From the NCBI GenBank assembly GCA_054600435.1, contig BAAIJX010000017.1, positions 310,001-374,000 on the forward strand: a DNA stretch of 64,000 bases, read 5' to 3'. The notes beneath the pieces are model-generated. The model was not told the origin of the DNA, ran no database searches, and saw only the letters and a list, made by a program, of their open reading frames with translations. The position numbers and the translations under genes were made by a program. Shown here piece by piece: positions 1 through 11,866 of this stretch. The stretch is from Neophaeotheca triangularis. Its lineage: Eukaryota. Every line of letters starts with the position of its first letter. Position 1 is the stretch's first letter.

Positions 1-131
1 CAATCATAGACAGGACAAGACAGGACCTCAGTAGGCAGTGTTGAGACTACTATACCACCCGCAAAACCCAGGGTATCGAACTCCACGCACCAGACCTCAC
101 CACTCCCTCATCCTCATCTCCCACCACAAAC

Positions 132-3100
132 TCAAATACTAGCCCTCCTAGGCGCCATAGTGCGCCTCAAATTCCGCTTCTCCTCGCCCTCCTCCACAAC
201 AGGCAAAACTCCCTTCTCCCGCAACTCTCCCAAATACTTCTTCCCAAACTGATACCCGACCTGGTAAATCTCATCGAACTTGCTAAACTCCAACGTCCCG
301 TACCCTTCCACCGGGGGCCGCATATACCTCACCCCGGGCATGCTTTTCGCACGCTCCAGAGCATCCACCGAGCTCACGTAGGCCAGCCTAGCTTGGATCT
401 CGGAAAGCGTGGGCGGGTTTGGGTGCGAGGAAAAGGGGTTCCAGCGGTTGAGGCTGGCCCAGAAGCCCGAGAGTGAGTCGCCATAGTGTTGGGCTTGGTC
501 GTCGTCAAGAGCACCAACGTCGATGGCGAAGATGACGTCGGCGCCGAGGGATTTCATGTGCGAGACGGTCAGGTTGTCAACGTAGCCGCCGTCGAGCAGC
601 ATGTTGCCCTCGTCACACATAGGCGGAGTCAGGCCTGCGAGCGACATGGAAGCGCGTACGTAGCGCCAAACGTAGCCCGAGGTGTGGATCTCGGAGCGTG
701 ATTTGGAGATGTTGGTTGTATTGCAGTAGTATTCGAGCCAGAAGTCTTCGATCTGGCTGTCGCCGAAGGTCTTGAAGATACCACGGTTGAATTCGTGCCC
801 CGTCGTGTAGGAGGCGCTCGGGTACGTGACGTCGAGCGCGAAGCGCCACATACTGCCCATGCGGCCGGAGAATTTCTTCGCGCGGCCGTACATTGGGACT
901 ACGTCGGCATCCCAGGCGTAGAGGGCGCCGATGAAGGCGCCGATGGAGGTGCCGCCTACGATGTCGATGGGCAGGCCTGCTTCTTCGAGGGCGCGGATGA
1001 CACCGACATGCGCGATACCTCGGGCACCGCCTCCACCGAGGACGAGACCTACGCTTCGACCGCAGAGACGGCGGGCTAGGCGGTGGAAGTCGCCTTTGAA
1101 AGGCGTCTCGGCGCTGTAGAGGGGAGTCTGACGCACGCGCTTCGAGGTATACTTTTGAATCTCGGCCTGGAGCACTTGCACACGTTGCTTGAGAGCGTTT
1201 CCAAATCGTTTGATTTGTGGGTGAACTGGCTCTGCCGTCGAGTGGAAAGACATTTGTACGTGGTGGTGGCCGCCATTGATCCAGGTGCGATTACGCAGCC
1301 AGCGGCGTGTGAGGCCAGGAGGGCAATAACGCTCGCTGTGGAGGAGTACGAGTTCTTTTCGTGCCGTTGTCTTTGTGGTCAGCAAGAAGCGCTCATATTC
1401 GCCAATGCTAGGTGAGCCCTCTGCAAGGCCGACGAGGTAGATGCAGTCGGCTTGGCTGATGCAAGTCTGGGTCCAGGGTGATTTGACGCTGGTATCGGCG
1501 ATGTAGAGCACCAGTCCGTACTTCTCTTCAAGGTCCGCGAGGTACTGCGAAAGCTTGAGCTTGCCCATGCGACTAAATGCGTGCCGGCCCAGGTGATTCA
1601 GGATGGATGCTTGATTGAGAGTGGTAACTCCATTAGCTGTGCCGATCTGAGTTAATGCCGTTTGCAACCTGTTGCCGAATTCAACGACCGGAACTCCAGC
1701 TGTACAAGGTACGATTGCCACTGTCCGAAGGTTGACCGTAGAAGTAGCCATCGATCGCGATACCGACATCTTCGCTTCAGTGCTAGGCTCCGTCATCGGG
1801 TCTTCGATCAACGCTCGCATACGAGAAGCGATTATCTTCGAAACCTTGATAGTGATACCTGGATGCTCCTGTGCGAGACTGTTGAAAAGTGTCTTGGGAA
1901 ATTTGGCTAGCTCCGTATCCCGTATAGCATGCAACGTTCCGGGCCTTGGTGACTCTGTAAGCACCTCCAACTCGCCAACACTCTCACCCTGTCCGTACTC
2001 CCCGATGACCTTCATCTTGCCATCTTCACTCTCTTGAATGGCACGTAGGCGACCATTGAGAACGATGTAGATGGCGTCGCTTTCGTCTCGCTGGTTGAAG
2101 ATGACCTGCCCAGCGTTGACTTGAACCCACTCAAGCGCAAAGTCGATGTGCAGGATCAACCGTGGCAGCAAACTCGTCAATCGCTTCGCCATGGTCAACA
2201 GCACAATAGGGTATTTCTCCACAATCTTCTCAATCGAGTTGCGCGGAAGGAAGCCAACGTAGACATCGGTCTTGGCTGTAACGTCGATGAAAGACCTGTA
2301 CGAGGAGACAGTACCCAGGTACCCAGCTAGGCCTCCAGGCTTGGTGAGGAAGAGGCTCTTGTGCCCCTTTTTCTTGCGATCGCCGGCCTTTGCACTTGAA
2401 CGAGCAGACATGTTCGAATCGTATCGTCTGAGTGGGCCTCCCAGCAGCTCGCTAGCTTCGACGTGGTCGCCACCAGGGTTCGTACCTAGAACATTATTAC
2501 TGTTCTCACCCTCATCAACGGGCACACTGACATCCAGGAAACCGTCTATCACGTAGTACAGCCCTGGGTTCCGTTCGCCCTGTTCTACCAGCACCGCACC
2601 TTTGGGGAAGTGTACGATTTCGACTTCTTCCATCAAATCTTCAAGGGCATTGGCTGAGCCACCTAGGCTGAAACCGGACGTGGATGCGATTGACTCTGTG
2701 TCGTTGTCGCCAGATCCCTCATAAGGGTCCATGAAGCCGAAAGCGTTGTTGAAAATGGCAGTCTGTCTCCTCGAGTCAAACGACACCAATCGGGGCGATT
2801 GCGCCACCGACTCCGATTTTCGTATCATGCCCTCTTTCTGATTGCTCAGTCCAATTGCCTTGGCCATGCATTCCATGATGGACTCTCGGAAAAGTACGTC
2901 CTCGTCGATAGATTCTTGCCGATGCATTTGCGCTCTTGGGTTCGTCGAGGCATTGAACGGATCTCTATTCTTCTGATGTAGTGGAGTCGCTATTAAGCCG
3001 TTCCCCGGTACTTTTGGCGCTTGATACGGTTGCGAGAAGGATTGCCTAGATCCCTCGGTGCGACCGTGATTCCGCGCAGCGTGAATGTTGGTCAGCAGAT

Positions 3101-4727
3101 CACCAGCACTGACTTGGTCGTTGCCAGCCGGCATAGGCGTTAGAGGCCTTCCCATAGACCCCCTCAAGGTATTACCCCGAGAAGCCATGCGGGAGTGCAC
3201 TGCAGCTTCACGCCTCAATCCGCTTGATGAGCGTTTCCTATGACTACTCTTCGGATTATGGAGAGCAATCCCCTTGATGCGATCTTCTGGTCCAACTCGC
3301 TCTTGTTCCTCGCGGAATTTATCCTTGAGCCGTTGCAAAGCTCCTCCTCTCAAAAAATCAGGCAGGTCGTACGTAGTGTATCGATCCATTAACTTTTCCG
3401 TCCGAAGCACCTCGCTAGTGAGACCAAGGTACGCATGGCCTGTCGAGAGCGTTACTCTCTGCAGACGAGTCAAGATCACTTGCACGATATGGGCGGTCGC
3501 TTTCGGGTATATTCGCGTCAATCTGTGGAAGGCAGTAGCGGGTATGATGGCAATCGTTGTGTCAACTGTCGCTCTAGCTACGATATCTGGGTGCGCTGAG
3601 CTCTTTTTTTGTGATGTTTTCGAAGGTCTCTGAGGGCTTCGAGCGTTTGCCTGGCTGTTGGCACGACTCAGACCAGGACGCCCTGTGTTATGCGAGCGTT
3701 GTCCGTCTGAGATGCCGTCCAGATTTAATGGCGGCGGCTCACGCATGGCGCCACCTCCAACAGTTGTGCTTGTCAAATTTGATGATTTTCGCTGACGAGA
3801 AACAGGTCTAGAGTTGCCACTCGCACCAGGTACCGGGCTATTAGGACCAGAGTTTGGAGTCATCTCTCCATCAATGTTGTAGCCAAAATGGCCGTTCCTC
3901 TGGTTAGCACTTGATCCGCTCGAGTCGAAATGCTCGTCGTCATCCTCCTGGCGAAGCTTGACATCTTCTGTAAACAAGGACAGGATGGAGAATAGAGAAG
4001 ACATGGGCGCTCCATTCTTGACCTCGGTTAGCAATTGATAGCTTCTATCCCCATTCGTCCTCTCTTCCCCTTGGTCGTCGAAAGAGTCATTGCCATTATC
4101 AGCGGCCCCATGCGACTTGACGAATATCTGCACAAGGCCATCAACGACCAGGCAGAAGCCCTTTTCTTCGTCGAGCAACAAAGTTTCGCCGGCAATCAGC
4201 TTTCGAGTTTGCATAGTCCTGGTGAGTTCGTGAAATACAGGACGTTCCAGATAGCCAAAGACCTTGATAGCACTCAAAAACTCATCAAAGTAGTTGGCCA
4301 GTCCTGCTTTGGCATCAGACTCTTGAGTGTCCGGAAATACCTCAATCTGCGGCTCCTTCCTTTGTGGCTCGGGAGGAAGCCTCGAGTACATGTTCAGATA
4401 GCGGTACCGGACGAACCAGCTGACAGTCGAGGCGAAGACGGCCAACATCAGCAGTAGGGTTGTCATGTTCATGGTGAACGTCAAGCTGGTGGACAGAAAG
4501 GTGAACAGCCATGTCGGTAGAGTCAGAGTAGCAAAAGTGATGATCCAGTAGAGAAGGCTCGGGATGACGGTGAAAATGCCCAGGAAGAGACCTCGTAACG
4601 TGGCGATGAAAGATCGAGGGTCAACAGCTACCTGCTCCAGAGCTTTGGGCGGAAGAGTTGTGGCGTTCACAACAACAATGCCAGAGCCAAAGGAGGAGGA
4701 ATTCACCAATGAGGATGAGGAGGCCAT
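132..4727 (-). CDS. NTE1: Lysophospholipase NTE1 (patatin-like phospholipase with cNMP-binding domains)
   Basis: Uninterrupted ORF with N-terminal TM segments, cNMP-binding-like domains, and patatin motifs GGGGARG, GTSIG (catalytic Ser) and DGG. First ATG at 4727 (MASSSS); the ORF-track extension upstream runs through a (CGAGGG)n repeat. Confidence 0.95.
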   Translation of the reverse strand: MASSSSLVNSSSFGSGIVVVNATTLPPKALEQVAVDPRSFIATLRGLFLGIFTVIPSLLYWIITFATLTLPTWLFTFLSTSLTFTMNMTTLLLMLAVFASTVSWFVRYRYLNMYSRLPPEPQRKEPQIEVFPDTQESDAKAGLANYFDEFLSAIKVFGYLERPVFHELTRTMQTRKLIAGETLLLDEEKGFCLVVDGLVQIFVKSHGAADNGNDSFDDQGEERTNGDRSYQLLTEVKNGAPMSSLFSILSLFTEDVKLRQEDDDEHFDSSGSSANQRNGHFGYNIDGEMTPNSGPNSPVPGASGNSRPVSRQRKSSNLTSTTVGGGAMREPPPLNLDGISDGQRSHNTGRPGLSRANSQANARSPQRPSKTSQKKSSAHPDIVARATVDTTIAIIPATAFHRLTRIYPKATAHIVQVILTRLQRVTLSTGHAYLGLTSEVLRTEKLMDRYTTYDLPDFLRGGALQRLKDKFREEQERVGPEDRIKGIALHNPKSSHRKRSSSGLRREAAVHSRMASRGNTLRGSMGRPLTPMPAGNDQVSAGDLLTNIHAARNHGRTEGSRQSFSQPYQAPKVPGNGLIATPLHQKNRDPFNASTNPRAQMHRQESIDEDVLFRESIMECMAKAIGLSNQKEGMIRKSESVAQSPRLVSFDSRRQTAIFNNAFGFMDPYEGSGDNDTESIASTSGFSLGGSANALEDLMEEVEIVHFPKGAVLVEQGERNPGLYYVIDGFLDVSVPVDEGENSNNVLGTNPGGDHVEASELLGGPLRRYDSNMSARSSAKAGDRKKKGHKSLFLTKPGGLAGYLGTVSSYRSFIDVTAKTDVYVGFLPRNSIEKIVEKYPIVLLTMAKRLTSLLPRLILHIDFALEWVQVNAGQVIFNQRDESDAIYIVLNGRLRAIQESEDGKMKVIGEYGQGESVGELEVLTESPRPGTLHAIRDTELAKFPKTLFNSLAQEHPGITIKVSKIIASRMRALIEDPMTEPSTEAKMSVSRSMATSTVNLRTVAIVPCTAGVPVVEFGNRLQTALTQIGTANGVTTLNQASILNHLGRHAFSRMGKLKLSQYLADLEEKYGLVLYIADTSVKSPWTQTCISQADCIYLVGLAEGSPSIGEYERFLLTTKTTARKELVLLHSERYCPPGLTRRWLRNRTWINGGHHHVQMSFHSTAEPVHPQIKRFGNALKQRVQVLQAEIQKYTSKRVRQTPLYSAETPFKGDFHRLARRLCGRSVGLVLGGGGARGIAHVGVIRALEEAGLPIDIVGGTSIGAFIGALYAWDADVVPMYGRAKKFSGRMGSMWRFALDVTYPSASYTTGHEFNRGIFKTFGDSQIEDFWLEYYCNTTNISKSRSEIHTSGYVWRYVRASMSLAGLTPPMCDEGNMLLDGGYVDNLTVSHMKSLGADVIFAIDVGALDDDQAQHYGDSLSGFWASLNRWNPFSSHPNPPTLSEIQARLAYVSSVDALERAKSMPGVRYMRPPVEGYGTLEFSKFDEIYQVGYQFGKKYLGELREKGVLPVVEEGEEKRNLRRTMAPRRASI

Positions 4728-4800
4728 TGTCGTTGCATCGACTGCGCAACCTCGTGGTTCCGCTCTCCACAGGGGAATTGTCAGCGGTCGCAGTCGACAG

Positions 4801-4836
4801 CGAGGGCGAGGGCGAGGGCGAGGGCGAGGGCGAGGG
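4801..4836 (+). repeat. (CGAGGG)6 hexamer microsatellite just upstream of the NTE1 start
   Basis: cgagggcgagggcgagggcgagggcgagggcgaggg read directly. Confidence 0.9.
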
Positions 4837-5249
4837 GAGGAGATATGCCGGTCATGAGTACGAGGGAGCAGACATCGAATCAAGGCGGTGCCTGTTGAAC
4901 GTGGTAATAACTAATGGGCTGTTTGGAGGAGCTGACGTGCAGCCAATTGAAAGTCTCCCCGAGTGGAGGTGGCTTGGGTTGAGGTCGAGACGCACGTGAT
5001 ACTCGGCCTACCTGCACTTCAGGACCGCGAGCTCCGACCACTTGGAGGTAGTACACTAGTTGTATGTATGTACACGCGAAGCGAATCGGCCTACGACTTG
5101 CGACTTTGCTACTAACTTACATCTCTCACCTGCGCCGGGCGATACCAGAGCAGCGCTTCTCATTCCGTCTTCTTCAACACACCCGCATGCGAAGTGTCAG
5201 GCCCTTCACTTCATTCTAGACCGCTTGCTTCACCTCAAACTCTTTGAAT

Positions 5250-6635
5250 ATGGCTTCAGGCCAGCGCCCAGAGCGCCAGTACGCGCAAGACTACCTTGCC
5301 CGCATCCGCTATTCAAACGCGCTCCCGCCGCCTCCCCTTCCTCCGAAACTCCTCGAGATCCCTGGAACTGGCCTCGCCGACGGACAGTACACGAGCGCCA
5401 GCTATGGATCAAAAATGGCGAGGGAGCAGCCCGTCAACATTGAGGGTGACGCCGAGCTGGGAATGCCATTGGATTTACTAGGCCTTCCCGGTGTCTTCAA
5501 CGGTGACGAGAGCGGTTAGTATACCATGAAAGCATATACAACGGCGATTCGCTAACCTCTCCCAGCCATCATGGGCGATCTCCAACCAATCTCTTCGCTA
5601 CATCCCGACGATCAAGCTCTTATGATACCACTCGACAAGATTGGCAAGACTCAGCAGAAAGAATCCTCTTTCTTGCGCAGAACCGAATACGTCTCTTCGC
5701 AGCAGCCCCACATCTACCAGTCTTCGACGTCCAAAGACCTGCTCCGGCTCAAGGAAGACGCGCACAAGCGCAAAGCAGCCGCCGACCAGGACAACCCAAT
5801 CAACATCTTGCGCCATCAAAACAAAGGCTTCGACATTGCCTATCCCGAAGACGCTTACCAGGGCGAGGACACCTTGCAAAATGTACGCTCGACCAAGCCG
5901 ACGGCAGAGGAGATCAACGCTTGGAAGAACCCTAAGCACCCCTCCGACCCAAGTCTACAACTTCTGGACAGCTACCCCATCCTGCCAGACCTAGATGCGC
6001 TTCCCTCACTGGGCACTTTCATTGTGGCCAAGCTCAACAGCAACCCCATCAATGCTCCTGGTTACGATGAGCGTCTCAACTGTGCTATCCTTCGTCCTTT
6101 GCAAAACCCGGAAACAGAGGCTCTGTACAAGCAAAAGATGGACGAATGGGACCCAGCCAGCGGCAAACCTCAACCCCTTCCCGTCTTCGACTACGACTAC
6201 TACCTTCCCGACGACCTAGCCGCCGTCGAATCCCTCAATCACGCCCTCAACTACAATGATCCCGACGGCAACGACCCAGAAATGTACACGGACACCCTCC
6301 CAGACGGCAGCAAAGTCTTCAAATTCTCTCGCAAGCGTACATACGAGACATTCAACCAGATTGGAGACCCCAACGACTTTTACAACAAGCAGGTGGCTGT
6401 TGCCTTGCACGATGGCGACGACTCTACCGGACGTCTGCAAAAGGCCGCCTACATCTACCCAATCGCACAGCGCACGACCATTCGCCCCAAGCGCAATGTC
6501 GGCATGTCTCAGCAGAATCAGCCCGAGATTGAGCACATCGACGAGCTGAACGTCACGGTGGGAGAGATGACGGAGCAAGAGAGGGCCATGGTGCAGGATG
6601 TCAAGGACTCTTTTATGGTTGATAATAATAACTAG
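5250..6635 (+). CDS. PAF1: RNA polymerase II-associated factor Paf1 (2 exons; intron 5515-5565)
   Basis: QDYLARIRYSNALPPPP..PKLL, DAELGMPLDL and SFLRRTEY are Paf1 motifs. The intron GTTAGT...GCTAAC...CAG joins the two ORFs in frame. Confidence 0.92.
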
Positions 6636-7163
6636 CTTTAGACTCCGGCTGACGAGCTAGGACTCGAGCAAGAAAAGTTTCGAATGGGCTTGCTAACACG
6701 GAGGTGCACTACATTAGATCAATTTTCAGACGGAGGTTACACTGCCGAAGATGATGCAGAAGCACTTGCCGAATAATTGGGAATGCCAGAGTCTGTTTGT
6801 CACGGACGACGATGATTAGCTTTCTAATCCAGAGGGGCACGGCGAGGCAAAAGCAAGGTCGGTGGGAATAGCACGAAATCCAGGGGTGTCGTGAGGTGCA
6901 GTGGGCGGGCGAACTGAGAATGCATTTGCAGAAAGCGGTCACGGTAATGAAAAGCGTTCATAGCGAAGGCGTTGGGAAAGGTTGAGCAGTGCATACTGCT
7001 CTTTTTGCATGGTGGGTATCTTGAGCGCCGAATGTATATTACAAAATCCACTTTGCAGCAAAAGACCGTTCTAAAACGGTCCTTTTGTCGAAACTGTCGT
7101 ACGACCCTCATCTCCGGCTTCGTTTCCGTCGTGTCTCATACCATCATTTCGCGTTACCATCAT

Positions 7164-8612
7164 CTATCTCTTCATCCCATACGAGCCATCAACATCCTCC
7201 AAGTCATCCGAGTACACGCTCGCCACCGAGTCCTCATCCGACGAGCTCTCATCGTCCACAACCTTCAGACTATACTCTTGCGGTAAGCTCTTCAATCCCT
7301 TCCCATTTTTCGCCTCGGTCAAAACAACACCCCCTCCCTCAGCCCCCGCCCCCATCACCCCCTCCATCTCATCCCCATCCAATCCCAACTCCCTCTTCTG
7401 CTCCGCACTCAACTCAACAACCTGCGGCGCAAAATCCCCCGTCTCATTCTCCTCATCAAACCGCGTCGTCTCCATAAAAACTTGCTCCCCATCCTCCAAC
7501 TGCACCATCCCAGCGCGCAAATAGTCGCCGCCAAAACTCCACCCATGAGCGCCAGTAAGCCACTTCTCCAGCGCCTCCAGCTCCTCGCGCACATCCGCTA
7601 CCCCCTCGCCTTCGAGGTCTACAAGACCCTTGCGGAACCGCACTAGCAGGGACTTGAGCAGGGATTCGTTTTCGTCCGTCAGGTCGAAGAGGCCGGCTTC
7701 GGCGTCCGCGCAGTGGGAGAGTTGCAGTTTTAGCGAGCTGAGGATTTCGACGAAGAAGTCGGCGTTGCTTGCTACGGCGTTTTTGCAGGTGAGGAGGAGG
7801 GTGAGGAGGCGTTTCCATTGCTCGAGGCAGGACCAGTTGTTGAGGGTTAGTACGGCGAGGAAGGTGAATTGCAGTTCTCCTAGTATTTCATCCAGGACTG
7901 CGGTCTCGGTTTTTGCGGTTGTGGCTGGTGCGTGGGTTTGGAGTAGGGATTGCAGTGCCCAAGAACGGTCTTGAGCGGCTTCTGTGCGTTCGCGGCCTGT
8001 GGCGCCGATGGCCCAAGTTTGTTTGAGGTCGATTGGGAGGAAGGTGAGGGTTTTCTCCTCGGCGTTGAGAGGGTTCTCGGTTGTGGGGAGGCCGGGGATG
8101 TCGTCGAGGTCACGGGAGGCGCTGGAGGCGGAGGAGAGAGCGTAGTGGTTTTCCGAGCCGGAGGTGATGCGCGGGGCAACGAGGTGGACGTGGGTTGTGA
8201 GGGAGTTCCAGTCGTTGCTTTCTTCTTGGACTTCTCCGGGGGCGTCAGTGGGGTTTTTGGAGGTTTGGCGGTAGGGGGTCAGGTTGTTTTTCCACAGGCT
8301 GCCAATGTTGGCGCGCAGTCTGAGCGCCTCTGCTGATTGGGTGGTTGGTTGGAGATCACCAGTCTTCTCGTTCCAGTTCTTGATAACGATGTCCGGCCTG
8401 TCGTCTGACTTGGGCTCGTCGATGCGGAACCAAGCGCCATGGCGGAGTGAGAGGTAGGTGTCTGAGCCGATAAAGACAAAGTGATAGCCTGGTGGCAAGT
8501 TTTTGATACCTTGGAAGCGTGGCGTGGTAGTGAAGGAGAGAAGATCGATACCGGCCAGTGCGTCCTTGGGGAGGTTGAGGAGGAGAATGCTAGGTGTGGA
8601 CGCGGTGTCCAT
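7164..8612 (-). CDS. AAR2: U5 snRNP assembly factor Aar2 family protein
   Basis: GIDLLSFTTTPRFQGIKNLPPGYHFVF and LGELQFTFL..L.NWSCLEQWKRLL are typical of AAR2; acidic tail; ATG at 8612. Confidence 0.88.
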   Translation of the reverse strand: MDTASTPSILLLNLPKDALAGIDLLSFTTTPRFQGIKNLPPGYHFVFIGSDTYLSLRHGAWFRIDEPKSDDRPDIVIKNWNEKTGDLQPTTQSAEALRLRANIGSLWKNNLTPYRQTSKNPTDAPGEVQEESNDWNSLTTHVHLVAPRITSGSENHYALSSASSASRDLDDIPGLPTTENPLNAEEKTLTFLPIDLKQTWAIGATGRERTEAAQDRSWALQSLLQTHAPATTAKTETAVLDEILGELQFTFLAVLTLNNWSCLEQWKRLLTLLLTCKNAVASNADFFVEILSSLKLQLSHCADAEAGLFDLTDENESLLKSLLVRFRKGLVDLEGEGVADVREELEALEKWLTGAHGWSFGGDYLRAGMVQLEDGEQVFMETTRFDEENETGDFAPQVVELSAEQKRELGLDGDEMEGVMGAGAEGGGVVLTEAKNGKGLKSLPQEYSLKVVDDESSSDEDSVASVYSDDLEDVDGSYGMKR

Positions 8613-9013
8613 GATGGCGGCGAGCGTTTGATGTGTGGTGTTGTTGCTCTCGCAGAAGGGTGTTCCTTCGAAACCAGCAGGCACTTTAAAGTTGAGTTAT
8701 GCTGAAAATCTCAGAATGTTGCTTTCCTCCTGTAGGGCTTTTAGATACCTAGGTATGTTTCTGAAGGGTCGGGTGTCGAGATATAGCGCAGAGAAGTAAT
8801 TGCTGAAGATGACTTGCGTGAGGTGCTGTTCGCAACGAAAAGTGGGTCTTTTCTCCGGAGTCTCCTGAACTGAACCGTCTGTCTTTGCTGCCAGAGTATG
8901 TATACCTTATACCTAGGGTAGTATCTGACAACCTAACCTACATACTTAATTCCTGGTATGTATTTCACCCGTGCCTCTACACCTCTCAAATGTTTAAAGT
9001 GCCTTATGGACAG

Positions 9014-9643
9014 TTAAGTACCGCCCTCACTCCAGTAGTGACCCGGACATTTCCCTCCGTGGCACATGGTGTGCTTACAGTAGGTTTGCACGGGCAGTTC
9101 CCCAATCACCACCTGCACGCTGTAGGTCTCTCCTGCTCGGTACCTTAATGGCGAGCTAGTAGAGGGGCTCAAGATGGTCTTTGACGAGGTCACCGAGTTT
9201 TGGGTGCGCGTGTCGCACCATTCGCCGATGGGTGGAAGTGGGCGTGTGGGAAGGATTACGGTCAGTAACGATGTTTAGGTAGGAAGTTAGTTGTGTATTT
9301 CCTTGCGTTCCTCGTCTCCCGGCGGTCTATAGAAGTCACTTTCTGCGAACAACGGTCGTAGAGCCAGAAAATGCCTACAGTTGTAGAAGCGATTGAGGCA
9401 GGTAGCGTTACAAAGACGGTCGGATTGATAGGCTAGGAGAGAGACCTCCTCTCTCAACAGGGAGGCTTTTACTGAGAAATCTATCTCTTCGAGCTTAGTT
9501 TTATAATTAAGGCTTCTTAGTACTTCACGATAGCCTAGTCCTAACACTCATTAGATGATATTAGCTACTCGATATCTACCTATTTTGAACAAGAAGAAAA
9601 CACTGTCTTTAGTAATAATACGATGCTTACCCTAGAGGTCCAT
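9014..9643 (-). pseudogene. Probable RIP-damaged two-exon pseudogene of unknown family
   Basis: ATG GAC CTC TAG G, then a canonical-looking intron (GTAAGC..GCTAAT..TAG, 9541-9630), then a frame interrupted only by TAA stops (9287, 9275) that continues to 9014; TpA-rich. Confidence 0.4.
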
Positions 9644-9950
9644 TTCAGACCACTCTAAGCACCAGCGGATTATGCGGACAAGGGCAGCCGTAGGCGGCCC
9701 GGCTTGCCCGACTGCTTATAGGCAGCCGAGGCATCCGTTTTGGCTTTTTCTGCTTTAGGTAGGTAAGCCGAGGACGCTAGCGCCCCGCTTCGCAAAGCGG
9801 CGGAGCTTTAGAAATAATACAAGCTAGAAAATTACGAAAATATTCATAGAACACCCAAATAAATGCGAGAAAAAATTCTGAGTATAAAAAAGGATACTTG
9901 AAGGCATATTAGAGCATCTGTCGTGCTCAAAAACTGCAAAAATAAGAGAC

Positions 9951-10062
9951 TGGACTCACTGGGAATTGAACCCAGGACCATTCACAGACAGATCAGCAAT
10001 AGGCAGCAATGAGCCACCCTAAACTGTGCGAAGCGAATATCATACCCCTAGACCATAAGCCC
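9951..10062 (-). tRNA. tRNA-Ala(CGC) with 40-nt intron (9987-10026)
   Basis: Acceptor stem GGGCTTA/TGAGTCC with the G3:U70 Ala determinant, anticodon arm TTCGC-TT-CGC-A[intron]T-GTGAA, T arm CTGGG-TTCAATT-CCCAG, discriminator A, downstream TTTTT; 72-nt mature length. Confidence 0.93.
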
Positions 10063-10173
10063 ATTGTCATACCGAGACAGAGCTAACGCTGAATATATTC
10101 TGAACCAAAAATTTCCCAGAATTTTTCCGGCGCTAGGTCGCGCTTTCTTGGCTCAACCGTGGAATGAATTACC

Positions 10174-10256
10174 GGGGTATGATATTCACTTCGCACAGTT
10201 TAGGGTGGCTCATTGCTGCCTATTGCTGATCTGTCTGTGAATGGTCCTGGGTTCAA
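10174..10256 (+). pseudogene. Inverted partial copy (D-loop to T-loop, intron included) of the adjacent tRNA-Ala(CGC)
   Basis: 83 bp matching the reverse complement of 9966-10048 with one mismatch (10188); lacks both acceptor strands. Confidence 0.9.
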
Positions 10257-10292
10257 AAAAAAAGCTCGAGCAAGCTCGAGCTTTTTTTTTTT
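10255..10292 (+). other. Perfect hairpin A9-GCTCGAGC-AA-GCTCGAGC-T11 capping the tRNA fragment
   Basis: 17-bp perfect inverted repeat read directly; ends in a T-run resembling a Pol III terminator. Confidence 0.85.
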
Positions 10293-11024
10293 CCCGCTTT
10301 TTCTTCGATTTGTTATTCAGGGGTAGAGGAGGGGGTAGTTATTGTAGAGGGAGGGGGGTCCCGAACAGGCTCTCTTCCTCTTTTTCTCGCCCTCGGCTAT
10401 CAGGTCGTCTAATTCCCTCCTATCCGCCTCAGTCTGTCCGCCTCAATGTGAGTGTCCGTTCCGATCTAGTAGTAGTAGTGTCCCGAGGGATCAGCAGTCA
10501 ATGTTTGCCGGAGACGCTTTTGATCAACCTAATCGCCTCAAGTGTCCTTATCCCTTGGCAACGGATGACGAACCTAGGTGCTGTATAACAGCTGTCCATG
10601 GGAGTACAGTACCCTTACCATGTAGCGTCACAACTAGTAGAAGCGCGGTATATGCCAGGGATGAGAAGAGGTCGACTGTCTTCGGAAGCGCTTCCACGCG
10701 TTTGCTGACTCGAGCGACGTCTCACAACTCTTCATATCTTACCAACCCAAATACATTATCATCCAAGATACCCGCATGGTATGTAAGTACAGAGACACAT
10801 AGTATTATACACTCTGGATCGTCTCAAGAGGCAAAGATGAGCAGTTGACCGAGAACCTACCACCCAAACTCTGACCCTAAAAAGCCATCGAACGTGAGCA
10901 TCTCACACCACAACACCATCGATACACCACTAACATGAAACAGAAACAAGGACCGAAACAGGTCTCATAAACAACACAGCCCTAGCTAAAGACACCGGCG
11001 GCACCCAAGACACCCAGCCAAGCC

Positions 11025-11546
11025 ATGACAACCATCCGCCCCCGCGAGAACTCAGACCTGGACCCCTGCGCCACGCTCCTCGAACAAGTCCATGCCAGCG
11101 ACGGCTACCCAGTCGAAGGCGTCTCGGACGCGCGCAACTTCCTCGACGACCCCAAGACCCTCGCCGCCTGGGTTCTGACCGACCCTGCGGGAACCATAGT
11201 CGGCCACGTTTGCATCAACACCCCGACACTCGAGGACGCTTCCGTATCATTATGGCGGGAGAAACGCGGCTCCGACGACGACGCGGTTGCGGTTCTGGGG
11301 CGTTTGTTCTTGCACCCGACGGCTAGGGGGGCGGGGCGCGCGGAGGGTTTGGTGCGGGTTGCCGTTGCTTGGGCGCGGGAGAGGGGGTTGAGGTTGCTGC
11401 TTTTTGCTCTTGAGAGGATAGAGGCTCCTGTGAGGTTTTATGAGAGGATTGGTTGGGAGAATTACGGGATGGCGATGCATCGATGTGCTGATGGGAGTGA
11501 ATGGCCGGCGGTTTGTTTTACGTTGCCGGCTGTTGCGGAGGGGTAA
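11025..11546 (+). CDS. GNAT-family N-acetyltransferase (intronless, 173 aa)
   Basis: Motif A RLFLHPTARGAGRAEGLV and C-terminal PVRFYERIGW. Confidence 0.88.
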   Translation: MTTIRPRENSDLDPCATLLEQVHASDGYPVEGVSDARNFLDDPKTLAAWVLTDPAGTIVGHVCINTPTLEDASVSLWREKRGSDDDAVAVLGRLFLHPTARGAGRAEGLVRVAVAWARERGLRLLLFALERIEAPVRFYERIGWENYGMAMHRCADGSEWPAVCFTLPAVAEG

Positions 11547-11866
11547 CGGGGTTGGTGGCGAGGAGGAGGTGGGGTCTGAGATCAGCTGGAGTGTGGCGAG
11601 GGATCCGAATTGGTCTCTAGTGATGCTCGAGCCCGCCTAGTGTCCGGAACTGTGTCTTCGGCGGATTGGGGCAAGCAAGACAGCATTTGGGACATCCTGC
11701 TATTAATTGCTTTGTCTCAAGCAGCTGTCTCAAAGTCGGCACCCAAGGTAGCAGCTTCGCAGCATGCTGCTCGGGTATATATTCCACAGGCTGTCCGATG
11801 AGCAGAAGGGGGACCCAAATCAGATCGCACTATCTTGAACATAAAACAAGACAATCCTCAAAGCAA

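Noticed and set aside
4728..4883. N-terminal PRPRPR extension of NTE1
   Set aside because: Starts at a non-ATG codon and is the translation of a microsatellite
10174..10256. Second functional tRNA-Ala gene
   Set aside because: Lacks both acceptor-stem strands and the 3' half of the T stem
10241..10848. Two 115-aa plus-strand ORFs after the tRNA fragment
   Set aside because: Non-coding-like composition; the first runs through the hairpin and T-run
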